DNA from: Phoronis australis
Taxonomy: Eukaryota > Animalia > Phoronida
Direction of reading: 5' to 3'
NCBI GenBank assembly: GCA_002633005.1
Contig: NMRA01000230.1
Span: forward strand, 223,345 to 287,344
DNA length: 64,000 bases
Shown here: positions 50,844 through 64,000 of the stretch, piece after piece
Layout of the letters: every line of letters starts with the position of its first letter
How positions within the stretch are numbered: position 1 is the stretch's first letter
Position numbers and translations under genes: made by a program
Notes under the pieces: generated by a model
Seen by the model: only the letters and a program-made list of their open reading frames with translations
Databases searched by the model: none
Told to the model about the DNA's origin: nothing

Positions 50844-51561
50844 TTTTTATGCACCAAATACATATGTATGTATGTGTGTCACGTGTTGTTGTCACTCTGG
50901 TCGGTCGGATTTTGATGACATTTGGCACAAGGGTGTGGGGCATCTCTGGAATGATTCGTGCCACTTGTCAATCTACCCCACCACCAGGGGGTGGGGTTTT
51001 CTGTATTTTTGGAGAAGAGCATTATCTGATGGTATCTAAAGAACCCATTGGCAAATTTCAATGAAACTTGACTCTGACGTATATGATTTTTGGGCGGATT
51101 CGACCACTGAAGCATCTCCTAGTGGCCATTTTGGTAAAGAGTGTTCCAGATGATATCTGGAGATGCGATTGACATGGTGAAAATGGTCTTTTCAAGTGCG
51201 TTTGGGGGAAGAGTGTTGCCGGAGAGCCCATTGACGGATTTCAATGAAACTTAGGCGGAGGTAAATGAAGACCACGCAAATTTTCAGGGGATTTGACACT
51301 GCAACAGCTCCAAGTGGTCATTTTGTTCTTGACAAGAGGCGTTTCAAGTGTTTGCTCGTGGAAAGAGCGCTTCGAGATGCCATCTATTGACAGATCTCAA
51401 TGAAACTTGGCTCAGAGGTATGCGATTATGTGAAGACACCATTTGATTTTTGGTCAGATTCAACTACTGCAGCACCACCTAGTGGTCCAAGGAAACATTT
51501 CGTTTGGGATACGACGCGCCGTGTATGCATTCCAACGACCCGGTGTTGGTCTTCTTTTAGT
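50844..51561. mobile_element. Helentron/HINE-like non-autonomous element with internal tandem units
   Basis: TTTTTATGCAC start followed by a (TATG)n microsatellite; internal ~160-180-bp units sharing TCAATGAAACTT (~51058, 51241, 51396); 3' hairpin CCAAC...GTTGG before TTTAGT. Class assignment is by architecture only. Confidence 0.5.
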
Positions 51562-52340
51562 CACTGTCAAGCTGTACATTATATTCACATTCAACCCATT
51601 TCACCTGGTATATAGAAATGTAGCCTTTGCATACGATGGAGGTGCAGAATTAACACGAGAAGTTGTGTTACTGCATGCTGAAGCTCCCTGCATTCGAAAT
51701 TTCGGGTACCCGCATAAGTCTGGGCCACATTGCGTCAAAGATACGCCACAGTTACAACAGCAGCGATGTGGGATGCTGCTGATACGGACCGACTGGCGGT
51801 TAGGTCCCCTCAGCATGTAATTGTGGTGCAGAAAAATAGACGGGAGAAAGAAACTGGTAACGAATCGGACCGGCAGGTGTAATTTCGGCAAAGAAATGTC
51901 CCACACGGCAGATCGACAACGCGGAGGTCGTCAACGGTAAACACGCAAAAAATTACGCCCCATATTTGCTACAGCGTACACGTACATTTGACGCGTTCTT
52001 TGCACATGTTGTATGGCAGTCTAGGAGTGCTCCACATGGGACTTAGTCATCCAATCACGCTGGAACAGCAATTAAGATAGCGCCGTGTATTTTGTATGAG
52101 AGTACGTGATTTTGGCTGGGGTTTTCTCGCAGCGGGACAATTATTGAACTCGACCGGTTGACGCTGAGCAAACCCTTTCGCAAACTCACTACGGGGTCTA
52201 TTCAGTGGACCACGAGCTATCATACAATCGACAACTGATCGAAAATGTTCATCGACAGTGAAGCAATGTGTGAGCCGAAGTGACCCTTTGCGTGAATAAT
52301 GCCCGTTCTGCCACAGTTTTAGCACTAGGATCGAGTTGGT

Positions 52341-55300
52341 ATGTTCGTGTGTACATTAAACGCGGTGACTATCGGGCGCCGTCGATCTCACACTGGCGGC
52401 AGCAGGAGTTTGAAAGAAAGTGATGGTAAGTTAACACATCTGTTCACACAACAATTTAGGATTTTTGGTATGACTGTCTTTCAGTCGCTTACTCAGTTCA
52501 AGATGGATGGTAATAGGACATCCGAAGAATCATAATCCATAAATTATAGGGGGCCTACTTGTATGTGGAAGAACTGCGCCTATGCTGCGGATGCACATGA
52601 GCCACTAGATACTTCAGCAACTCAAGTTTCAAAATACCACGTTTTTTGGTTTACTTCTTGTAAATTAAATCATATAGTGTGTGTGGAGTGTATTTTTAAA
52701 GTTACCAACCATAAGAGTGGTTTTCAGGGTATCTTAGTTAATCTTCCCACGATGAGAGCCTTTTGCCGGCCTCCCTATGCATAGGCCTAGTAGCGTGCAT
52801 GAGGTTGTTGCACTGAATCATATTTATCGATCACTACATGTCGATTAATGGTGAACAGAAGTATACAAATATTATTTCTCAGACAGTCGAAAAGTTAAGC
52901 TGCGTCACCTCTTCCTTGCCGACCTGGTGCTGATCGTCTGCCTCGTCATTTACACTATCGTCGGCTCTTTGTTGTTCCAAGCGATACAAGTCGAGCCATC
53001 ACTAGCAGACGACAATCGCCGAAATGAATCGACTGCTCAACCTTCTCTGAAAGGCGACATTCTGGAATTTCTGGTGGCGATACAATGTAATGATACGAGC
53101 TCCAAAGCTCTTTATGAATTGGAAAGTCGATTGGACGCATTGATCTTGAAACACGAAATGGCGATGATGACGACCGTGGCCGATGGGAGGACAAAACAGG
53201 GGTGGTCCTTTACCCAAGCCATGTGGTATTGCATAACTGTTTACACAACAATAGGTGAGTAGAATTCCTGTAGTGAGAAAATTCCCACGTATCCCACCAT
53301 GATCATAATAATTTTCTCAGTTTGCCGCAGTTTATAATTTAATCTTGGAGTCAGAAAACCCATAGGCCTACTTCTAGGTTATATATAAAAGTTTCCTCTG
53401 AGGAAAGCTGAGTCAAAGGCCGTATTTTCTTTTTTAAACACGTATACGTGATTCCCAAATTTTCTTGGTTTATGCCTTAAACCGATGTCGTGTCGTTAAC
53501 GTCATCTCGAATCTGCAGTCGTCAACAATTACGACTGTAAGACCTATCTAGGCCCGGGGTTAATCTTTGTACTTCGATAGCAAACTCAACTCGAAATTAT
53601 ATTTTCTACTCTACTCTTGTACGGACTCAATTAAAGTGTCCATTACTGTCTGATACACGGATAGCTATCTATATCACTGCACTTCATGACACCAGCATAT
53701 ACTGACTGCTGGACTGTCCCCCATACCGTGAATAGTACGCTTACAAGGAAGTCTCGCGGGAATTTTCACCGCTCGTCCTTCTGAGCGGCTTGTACCATGC
53801 AGGATCAAAGAGAGCACGGCGCCGGAATCAGGTACAATTGTGATGACCGCATTGCCCGATGCGAGCAAGACCCAATTAAATGTATAGAACTAATTATCCG
53901 ACCATAAACTGTATTAAACATCTCTGACTGCGCAATGGCGAATTTTCAAAATGCATTAACCACTAATTTTCGTTATAAACGAACACCACGACGGTATTCA
54001 GCTGAAAAAACAACCAAGTACGGTTTTCGATTTATAAAAAACGATGAACTAATAATCTAAAAACTACAACCATTGGGTACGATTGAAGGTAAACTACCGC
54101 GCGTATTGACATACTCGGTGGACTACACAAAGGCTGATCAGAGTTAACAATATCTCATGGATTCATTTTTTAATATTCTTTCGATCTCGTTTAACCAGAT
54201 TTTTGACCAGGAAACAGTTGTTGTGCCTACTTTTCATTTTTATTACTGATAAAGAGCTAGAATAGTTGCATAGTCACTGCCACCGAAATTGTCCAGAAAT
54301 TCCAAATCTTCAGTTTGGTTATCACCATATTTGCACTTTTGTACATATTTTATGATTTGGGTTCTAATAAAGATTAAACTTTAATGACACGTGAAATGTT
54401 TAGTGTACCTGTAATGTGGTAAGTTAAGGGATGGGCTCACAATGAACTCAATTAAGTTTAGCTAGCGATCAAAATCTACCACTGTTTTGGTACTTAAGTT
54501 TAAAACTTAGATAAAAAGTTATCAACTCGTTTCCGGTAAGAAAAAAAAACAAGTGGGCAGAAGCATTAAAAATTTAATAACCAATACGAAACTTATCATT
54601 CCTTTGGGAAGAAGCCCTTTGTGAAGATAAACACAAGTTAACCTTTTTAGTCATTTCGTAATATTTATAATGTACCAAGTTATACTCTCCAGAGTTGCAG
54701 GCTATAACAAATGTCAGAGAAAACCAAATTGGGGTTACTAACAACAACCATTGTTGAGACAGTAATGCTAGCAATTACTTTTCCACTTCATTAGTTCAGA
54801 TCTACATCAATACAAAGGGCGTGCTGAATAGGCATCGTAAAAGTTGTCTGGGGCTTAGGGAATCAGAGCGATCACCAGTGTAAGCGAGAAATTCTCCACA
54901 TACTAAAAAAGCTTCGATAACTGACTACCAGTAAACCTAGGTATTCAAGCACCCATTTTGACGTGGAGTCTTGAAATATGTTTCCTAATTTTTCTTCGTT
55001 CCTCATAGAAGTTACAGCCAATGTATTACCGGATCATCGTCAAAGTGCTCGCTGAGCTGAGCTATGGAAAAATGTCACTGAGGCCTGGGGTTCAATTTTG
55101 TCATTTCTACTCCAAGTTAAATTATTTTTCCCGTCAGGGCTTTTTACTTTAGATGAGTTCAAGATAGCTGTCTATTATACTATGGTTGAGTATATTATGT
55201 TTTACGCGAGTTCCTAATATTGATGACCCCGGGATGATATTTCGAGCAAAAACATGAGATTTTTAACAAAAGCTCACTAAATTTCAAGTACAAAAACTCG

Positions 55301-56240
55301 AATTTACACTTAATTATCGAGCAGGGATGTTCGTTGGGTGTTAACCCACTAACCTGTGGAGACATGTGAAGGTTCCCAATAATTTAATGAACGCACGTTT
55401 CATTTACTGTTGTTTTTAGGTTATGGCAATTTGGTAACTACCTCCTCTCTGGGTCGACTGGTGACGGTGGTGTACTCCCTCATCGGCACTCCTCTCCTAA
55501 TGTTATGCTTGGCTAAGATGGGTGACCTGTTGAAACATCTCTTGTCCAGGCTCTGGCTCGGCGCCCTACGGAACGCTACTAAATGCTGGAATTCGACAAG
55601 TAGTGAAGGCAAATCTGGAAGCATTCGTCGATCATCGCCAATTCGTTATCGCCAAGGGAGTAACATGCGCACTGAAACAGGAAGTGACTACCAAGATAAT
55701 ACTGTATCAGATGCCCCTTGTTTTGCTCACATGTCTGACGGAGACGGACACGCTGCGCAATGCGAGATGGACCAGGATCGTGAGACTACTAAGTCCACTT
55801 GTACTGTTTCAGAAAGTTCTTCCGTTGAATCCGGCGCCATATTGGATCGTGCCGAAATGGAACCACCTTTCGCGCTGGCTGTGTCTGTATTTATTGCCTA
55901 CATGCTTTTGGGTAGCTTTCTCTTTACGTTTTGGTTGGAGCCCGAATGGGGTTATTCTGAAAGCCTGTACTATATCTATGTGACCCTATCAACTATTGGG
56001 TTCGGCGACATGGTGCCAGACTTGATTGATAGCAACAGACTTCCGCTTTTCTTAATTTATCTTTTTGCTGGGCTTTGCTTAGCATCTATGTGCTTCAATA
56101 TAATGATAACCAAATTTCGCAAAAAAGCCTCGAAGACCAGACGTGTGCTTCAGCAAACTGTCGGGACTGGACGATGTTTCGCATGTAACGCCCCCACGCC
56201 TGTTGGGACGTCTCATTCAATGAGCGTTGACTCGACTTGA
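52341..56240 (+). CDS. Two-pore-domain potassium channel (K2P, TWK/KCNK18-like)
   Basis: Exons 52883-53254 (M1, cap, WSFTQAMWYCITVYTTIG) and 55420-56240 (YGN, M2, long loop, M3, STIGFGD, M4, TGA). The P1 filter TTIGYG is split by the intron. The first exon 52341-52425 is phase-compatible but tentative. Confidence 0.9.
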
Positions 56241-59200
56241 TGGCGAGAAACGTTGAGCTGTAGCAGAGGAATCACAGGGTTTGTTCAACAAGAGATTTGC
56301 AAAACTCCAACAGCGTGAGAACATTTTATCACACGACAGCACTTCTGTTTACAATAACCCTGTTTAAATGATTAGGGCAACACTTTTCAGTAACACCAGG
56401 AAGACACTTTTGCAATACACGACAGCTGGGGAGTAAATCACTGAAATTTTCTTTCGACGTTAGAGCCACCTCGTATTGATGACCGACGGTTTCCACAAAG
56501 ATTCCCTCGCCCTCTGCCGACGAAGGTACCTATGCAACGTGAAGGCCCTGATCCACGAGTCAGACAAACAAATGTGACTCCACCGGCTGAGTCTATTCAA
56601 TGAGGAAATCTTGTCATTCATCCATGTAACCTCTCAAGACACTCGGAAATGTATTATGCATAGCAAATCAAATAATAGCTATTACAAAAAACGAACGTTT
56701 CTTATTGAGCGCTGAATAAAATTCGTAGATTCTTACGAATTCTTATATTTATTATGTAATACAAACCACAAGTGTTTCAATACTTACAAATGCGAATTTC
56801 TTACAACAGTTTGCCATCATAAAGTTCCCTTAAAAAGCTTTATCTACCAGAAGTATTCATTGTAATGACTAAAGCATATTTACGAAACAAAACACAAGAG
56901 TAAGCTCCATAAAGTGACCTCGGTACAAAAATACTGTTAACCTCAGCTTTGATGAGCAACTCGTAAACCAAAAGATCCAAAACAACCGACCCTGAAGCAT
57001 CTGCAAACGATTACACAAAACTATCACCAATCGTGAACAACTTCCTGTCTTGAGAACAAGAGAGTCTAGATTTACCCGACACTCACTTCACGAAATCGTC
57101 AGTTTCATTAAAGAGACAATATCAAAAGGAAAAGTGAATTTTCAAAGATGAGCCAAAGAAGAATCCTCCGCAGCCTCATTGGTCAGCGTTGAAATCCCAT
57201 TTGATAAACTAGCGTATCTCGAACCTATTTAACAGGTCAAGTCACCTGCCTCGATTTCAATGAAGGACTCTGGGACAATCGAGAGAATAGGAGATTTGTA
57301 ATGAAATCACCACAACACAATAAACAGCTTATTATTTAAAATGACTAATTATTATAAAATAACATGGGCAAGAAATTGGGTCAAAAGTGGGACCACCTAT
57401 ATTAATCATGAACAGCCCCACTCTTTGGACCGCTTTGAGTGGGGCTCCCTTATTAATATAGAAGGCCCTACTTTTGAGCCCAAAATTCAATTTCTTGCCT
57501 ATGTCATTTTAATAAGAATAAGCCCTTTTAAATAATAAGCTGTTAATTGTAGACTTTGCTGTTTTGTAGCTATGGTCAGAAAGCCTACAACTTCAAGACT
57601 TCTGTCCCACAAAACTCCCCAAAAATGTCCTTTTTCAGCCCAACAACAGATAACGTCCCTTTAAGAAACCAGGGTGATGACTTTGGGAAAGTTCCAAACA
57701 GTTGTTGCAACTTCCATAAGGATGGCTACACCACTGCAGGACAAAACATATATATAAATTACTGAAGCAGCCAGTGCCTTGGACAAACCCTCCTGAACTT
57801 CTTTGCTGTGTAAAGCAAATAATTAAGAATAGATCATTTCCATGCAGCGCCCCCTGCGTGACATGACCTAATTACCAATAGCTTCATGACTAGCAAAGAC
57901 AAACATGTGTCTTACAGAGGGCACTTCATGAAAACTGCCCATCAACTAAAGAGCTACCCTCTCTATGCTGGACGCAATAAATTCGATTCGATATGTATGT
58001 TTTCATGTAATACAAGCTTATAAAAATATTACAAATTGATCAATCAACAACTTCCCAATCAAAATTTAAATCTAAATGGTCAGTATCCATAGCAACAACC
58101 AGAACACAGACGAAACCGAGAAACATCACAAGACACTGATATGTATGAATAGTCACCTTGTACATAACATGATATGCAACTCCGTCAAATACTGCCTTCC
58201 ACTGTGAAAGGATGGAGAAAGTTCCACCACAAGAAAGAATTTTATGCACACCAAATGGATGTCTTGATACATTGGTTATTTTTTTCACCCAAAAGCAACA
58301 AAACTTCAGCGCGACCATATATAATTTACACCTAAGGCAACCTAAAGGGTGCGCCACCATTAGCCTAAAACAAAAATAATTCAATACAGCTGAATACTAG
58401 AAACACTACAAGAGAAAGTTAGCAAAAATTATCCACAACCCAGAGGAAATGAGCCACACGACTCAATTTCAACTCAGGAATCAGCAAAATGTACACACAA
58501 TAAACACAATATAAATAATAACAAAAATTAGGATATGTTTACTTTCACATCCGTTTGGCACCATTTAATGAATTGTTCTGTATAAAATACCTGTACAGCC
58601 TAAACACAATACAGTGGCATAACTACAAAGCAGTTTCTACAACCTGAGAATTAACATGCTATTTGTTCTACCAAGCCACAGCCGTTAAGAAAACAGCTAA
58701 ACATTAATGAGACAAACTGATGTGTTATACTTTGCAAACAATTCTGCATAGTCAACACGACAAAAAGATGTTGAAAAAGCATAATGTCGCAACTGCCTTA
58801 GTGAAAATATTCATGTCCCAATAAATATTTTGTTTTGACAAATTAACTGTAAGAACAAATCAGGGAAACAATGGGACATACAGAGGAACCTGTTCATAAC
58901 ATTCCGTTGGTTATAAAATTCATTACACAAGTACCCAGCATACTATACTGCATACCAGTGCTGCTCCCTGTAGTGTATACAAGTAACTTTGGCTACAGGA
59001 AACTTCGGCTGCAACAAGGGTTGGCAATAGTAGTGGAATAGTTTGCTGTAACGCAGTTCAATTAGTAATTGGCTAATGAACTTTCAACTCTTCTCAACTG
59101 TAAGCTAAGATGGAGTATGTTTCAATATAATTATGTACATGCCGAGCGAAGATGTATTCGCCTCGCAACAATAACACGCAAAATTAGGCAAGTTTTGCTC

Positions 59201-60306
59201 ATACAGGGACACTGATAGAATCTCAAGCAAGCTGCGAGAAATTAGTAAGGCAAAGTTTCACCAAGTTAGGACACAATATGGACGACAAATTGATTCTGGT
59301 TTTCAATTTTTTTATGAATGATAAGCAGCATCAAGTAAGTGCTATTTCACTTTTAAAGATCTGTACAATAGTGACAACAGACAATAATTTTGAGAAAATC
59401 AGGGCATCAAGACGAATGTTAGAAGCCTCTGAAAAGCGAAAAAGAACAATTTGCGTTAAACTGGTGAGACTTTTCCGTACCCATTGAAAAGTTCCATTTT
59501 GTCTTGTACGACTGGAACATTATTTAAGCACAGTCTACATACATGTTGTACGTCCATTATACGGCAACAAACAGTAGCTTCATGGCTAACCAAAGTAAGA
59601 TGAACGAGAACAAAGTTAAACAATACACGCATCACCAAGCCAAATACAACATCAGTTTAACACTTATACAAAATACAAGATGATTAACAGTTAAACTTCA
59701 GCAACATTAGTTCCCATAATGCACTAGCAACATTAGTTCCCATAATGCACTAGCAACATCAGTGATTTCCTTACACTGTACAATGCAGCAAGAACTAGCA
59801 CCATTTTATTATCTACCTACTACTGATATGTACAAAATGTAACAAGCTTCATCCAATCAACAAATCAAATTGCAGCATGTATCGCCGATAAATACAACGG
59901 ATCTTTCCAGCATTCCAACGGCTCAAATATAAGTCCAGTACAATTGCTAGAAATAACAAGCACATCAAATAACACGTAGTCATCATTCACATTGCATTTC
60001 AACAACCTCTGTCTAAATGAACTACTTTTTTATCGACCTGCCAAAACCATTCGATTGCATTAATCATATTTTTCATAGACCCATCAAAAGCATTTGATTG
60101 AATCAGGCTGTACACTTCTAATGCTGTGTGATCACAACAAATGATGTGTCTGGTGAAAAGTGGCATGACATTTTCAAAAAATAAGATTCGACAGTTTTCT
60201 AATAGCCAATACGTTCAAGAACCAGATCATAACTTCCTAAATAGCAGTGCGACAGCGCATGCAGAAAACGTGTGCGAATGATGACAGTTCCAAGTAGAGA
60301 GTGGGT

Positions 60307-63300
60307 CTAGATTAACCTTTCCTCTGGCGGTGGCTTCAGTACGTTACCCATCTCCACACGAGACCCCGACATTTCTTGCCGACTGGGACTGTAGACACCC
60401 CTCGTGGCTCGTTTGCTTCTGGCAGTGAATATGAATATTAACAACCCTGTAAAGACAACAATTCAAAGATTTTACTGACAGTTTTAGAATCGATCCAACT
60501 ACCGAATGTCCATTTATGAAAGTTGAACCCAATCTAGGAAGCTGATCTGCAGTGACTTTGGTCTTTATACATCCTGGTAACCTTAACACTCCTAACTACG
60601 AAGCACCAATCGCTGGATCTGGAGACAGTTAAAGTAAACTACATCCATACATTTGTATAGTGCTGGGAACAACTATATCATATGGAGAACTGCACGACTG
60701 CAATAGAAACACAGACACACGACCCAATAGCGGATTTGCAGCGACGCCATATTGAAATTAGGTTAAAATGGTGCATTGTGGGTGCTGTGGTCAGGATTCC
60801 GAAAGCGGCCATAGTAACAAGCATAATACGCGGTATGAGCGCGAAGAAAACTTACGGCGGATACACTTGTTGTGTTCCTGGCTGCTTCAAAAACAACAAG
60901 AGAGATAAAAATCTGAGTTTTTATGTGTTCCCTGCAAACCAAGAACTTCGTGAAAAATGGATAAACAACATTAGGAGAGCTGGGAGTAAGGGGAGATTTA
61001 GCGCATTCAAACCAACGCGGGGCCATCTAGTAGGCAACACGTAGCCCCTCGGTTGGCCATATAGGGGCTACAATACTTCCATTCGCTTTCTGTATTCATT
61101 TCGTTACTTCAGTGTATTTTAAACTGGCCGTGACCGGATTTGGGATACCGATTTCGAGTTTTCACCTCGTCAAAAATACAATCTACAATTAAAACTTTAA
61201 AAAACACTTACTTTCATCATTGGTCCTTTCTACTTCTACACATATCTTTGATGAAGCTTAGTTGTGAGAATTAAGTTGACTTTGGTGAAGAATTACAACT
61301 TCACTTTTTTGGTTGCCGTTAATTTTATCACCGCGTGCGCGATAACCACAAAGCATGTCAACTGAATCACGTGAGTTAGGCAAAGGTTAGCGCGAGACTG
61401 AGCGAAGCGCGTGACGCTAGCGCGCGACACTTGTAAAATAGCATGAGAAGGTATCGGGTGAAACTTATGAGATGTGTGTCCCTTGGACTTTTTATTCGTC
61501 AACATGCGTAATTTCACGTAACTTTCTCAAAATGGCACCCGGTAACTGAGAGAAACTCGACTCGAGCAAACCGCGACAGATTTTCATCGCTTTGTTCAAG
61601 TTTTGGTGACTAAATTGTATCCAAAGTCGTGGTATGTGTTAATTATAACTCCGTGTTCCTATATGTATGGTTCATTTGATTTTATTTGCTGTATTTTGAA
61701 ATGAGTAACTTTTTGTGAGGATGTACTATCGCCCCTGAATGCCTGCGGCATCCAGTGCGATGTAATTTCCTAGGGGCCATCGTGTGTGCAGCGAACATTT
61801 TCCTGGTGGAAAAAGGACTTATGAGAACAACATTCCGACGGAGTTTCCTCTTAAAATTAACGTCTCTAGCATATCCACGGCGAAAGCTACAAAAGTTAAG
61901 CAACCCAAGAACTCTCAACTTGTCTGAAACCCCGGAGATTTCGAAATCAACGCCGATGAACATGATGACAGTCGTGCCCTCGGTCACACGGTCACTGATC
62001 ATAGCTACGCTGTGTTTACAAACGAGAGAAAGGACTTGCTTGGTATTATAAAGCAAAAAATGAAACATGGTTTTTAGTTTGCAAATCACTCCAAATGCAC
62101 ACAGTATCTAGCCTGCTCAAGATATGCCTGACCACACGCTATCCCATGAGCCTTCGCGAAGGAAGTAACTCGCACATGCGCAATGCGTAATTCGTCTGCG
62201 CTGCAAATCCGCTATTCATGTCGGGTTGGTAAAACAGTCAGAAATCAAATTGCACAAGCTTTTTGGTTTTAGAAAAAATTAATTTTAGTCGAGTTGTTCA
62301 TGGTTACTTGGCTTAATACACCCAGACGTTCAGTCTTACACAACTTTAATATGAATATTAAACTCTCTATGGCAACCTAACTGCAGTGCAACCAGCAAAC
62401 CGTAAGTTACTTAAAGCACCAATAGGGGGCACCTACCACACAACATGCCAGGAGAGATGGATTTAAGAACTCACCTATGAGTAAAACAATCAACAGTCCA
62501 CCAATAGATGGCCCCAGTATGATGGCCAGAGTGTAGTCGGGTTCAGGCTCAACAGGACGAATCTAAAACAGACCCCAAGTAAAGGTCTTAGTAAACGTGA
62601 TACTACACTTAACACAAATCAAAATAGTAAATACTATAGGTAGTGATGGTACAATATACCGTTTTATAAAGTGTGAGGGGCTTGCGATGATTTTCCAGGT
62701 GATGTATCACTCCACAAATAGATAGGCTTGTGTGAAACAATATTTTTGGTGTTTTGAAATGTAACTGAAATAAACGTTTTTGCATGGGAGAAAATAAAAA
62801 ATGGCAAAAAATAGATGAGAAAAGAGCGAGAGGAAACCAAGTAAGAGAAAAACAAAAGCAAGAAAGAGAAAAATCCTCTTAAAAGAGGAGAATTCCAAGC
62901 CCCGAAGTGAAAGTGTTTTTATTTTAGTTCGTAATCTAAGAACAGCGTTAACAAAGGATAACTTTCTAAATAAAGTAGCGAAGTTACAGTCTATTTATAC
63001 TTTTTTAACTGTAAACAATAATGACATTATATGCTGTATAACACATAACTGAATAAAACGCAAATCAAATGACAGCTTGATAGTTACACAAAGAGCACAA
63101 ACTGAAGCAATTTTATTCGCAACTTCAGGATATTTACATCTGTCGAGAAACCTTAATAGATTAATTGATTAAAACACAATTTTACAAAACCTCCCTAAAA
63201 TAATCACTTTCCTTCTTAAGATGCAAAAACAAAAGATGACAACTTACGAGTTTCTGACACATGGGCCCCTCGTACTCAGACGAGCACTTGCATGACTGTC

Positions 63301-63519
63301 TGACCTCCTGTAGTGCATCATTCAGAGTGTAACTACAAGTACCCCCATTCTGGCAAAAGCCGGGGGGACATGGATTCTTGGCATAACACGTGGCGCCGAA
63401 AACTGTATCCGGACATCTACAGTTGAAGGAACCCATCGTGTTATTGCACGTGCCGCCATTTTTACACGGATTCCTCTCACATTCGTCTTCGTCTGTCTCA
63501 CAGTTCGTGCCGTTGTAAC
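60307..63519 (-). CDS. crb: Crumbs, last three coding exons (EGF repeats, TM, cytoplasmic tail); gene continues beyond the window
   Basis: Exons 63519-63248 (EGF repeats: [16 protein letters not shown]..., CQNGGTC...), 62562-62475 ([30 protein letters not shown]) and 60446-60307 ([45 protein letters not shown]). The FERM-binding and PDZ-binding ERLI motifs are diagnostic. Confidence 0.96.
60835..62070 (+). pseudogene. Interrupted, frameshifted THAP zinc-finger ORF
   Basis: [17 protein letters not shown]...FYVFP...[10 protein letters not shown]...KPTRGH, then [insertion], then [23 protein letters not shown]; a DHSY motif follows at ~61997 after the THAP frame hits a stop at ~61926. Confidence 0.82.
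61028..61772. mobile_element. 745-bp insertion flanked by a 9-bp direct repeat
   Basis: GGGGCCATC at 61019-61027 and 61773-61781; ends TAG...CTA; removing the insert plus one copy restores THAP ...[11 protein letters not shown]. Confidence 0.82.
62677..62904. mobile_element. MITE, inverted copy of the 3633-3886 family
   Basis: TTTTCCAGGTGATGTA...ACAAATA...AATCCTCTTAAAAGAGGA...ATTCCAAGCCC is the reverse complement of the FMO-intron copy. Confidence 0.65.
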
Positions 63520-63892
63520 CTGCAGAGACACACAATGAGGCAAACTGTACTCCGTTAACAAAAATGACGCAATAAAAAGTAGGATTAAAATTGGGAAGCA
63601 TAATTTAGTTATGTATGGCCCAAAAACTAATGCTCAAATTTATCTAATTTTGGAACATAGTATGTCACAGATAGGTGATGGCATTCAAATGAAACTTCCA
63701 GATGCTGCGCTTTATGTATTGTTCTCCAACCCACTATTGCAAATTGTTTTTAAAAGCACCCACATTTGCAAGAGGAGCTTTCAAATACACGACTCTAATG
63801 ATTTTAAGGAAAACTCAAAAGATGCACAAAATAAAAAACGAAATAACAATTCAGAAAACTTCAACATCCTTTTTTGATTTTGTTATAAACAC

Positions 63893-64000
<108 letters not shown>

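Larger units (their letters stand above)
60726..62216 (+). mobile_element. ISL2EU/PIF-Harbinger-like defective DNA transposon carrying a THAP domain, in the last crumbs intron
   Basis: Perfect 18-bp inverted repeat AATAGCGGATTTGCAGCG (60726-60743 / 62199-62216), compatible with an AT target duplication; THAP coding sequence inside; no DDE domain visible. Confidence 0.8.

Noticed and set aside
60682-61044. Host THAP transcription-factor gene nested in crumbs
   Set aside because: Bounded by TIRs, interrupted by an insertion and truncated downstream; better explained as a transposon remnant.
63182-63601. Notch/Delta/fibropellin assignment of the EGF exon
   Set aside because: In-phase downstream exons encode a TM segment and the Crumbs-specific tail ending ERLI.

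Overview
This is animal (invertebrate-type, AT-rich, intron-containing) genomic DNA, not prokaryotic. Exons assembled by hand from GT-AG boundaries give six genes. On the + strand: the 3' part of a flavin-containing monooxygenase (FMO), a complete POFUT1, two tandem DDAH-family paralogues with identical 6-exon structure, and a two-pore-domain K+ channel. On the - strand: the last three exons of crumbs (C-terminal ERLI). Most notable: both DDAH paralogues have intact reading frames and keep the binding and His/Asp residues, but the catalytic Cys is replaced (Ser in A, Gly in B). They also share a C-terminal tail motif, PKxFQxTLRRGQHxL. Both carry tandem amplifications of an exon 3' end plus splice donor; in paralogue A this gives four perfect in-frame donors 63 bp apart. 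Mobile DNA includes a non-autonomous LTR element (PBS-Ser, PPT) nested in a foldback MITE, and a THAP/ISL2EU-like transposon in a crumbs intron that is itself interrupted by a 745-bp insertion. There are also MITEs and minisatellites. Three duplications abut single-N joins and are probably assembly artefacts.
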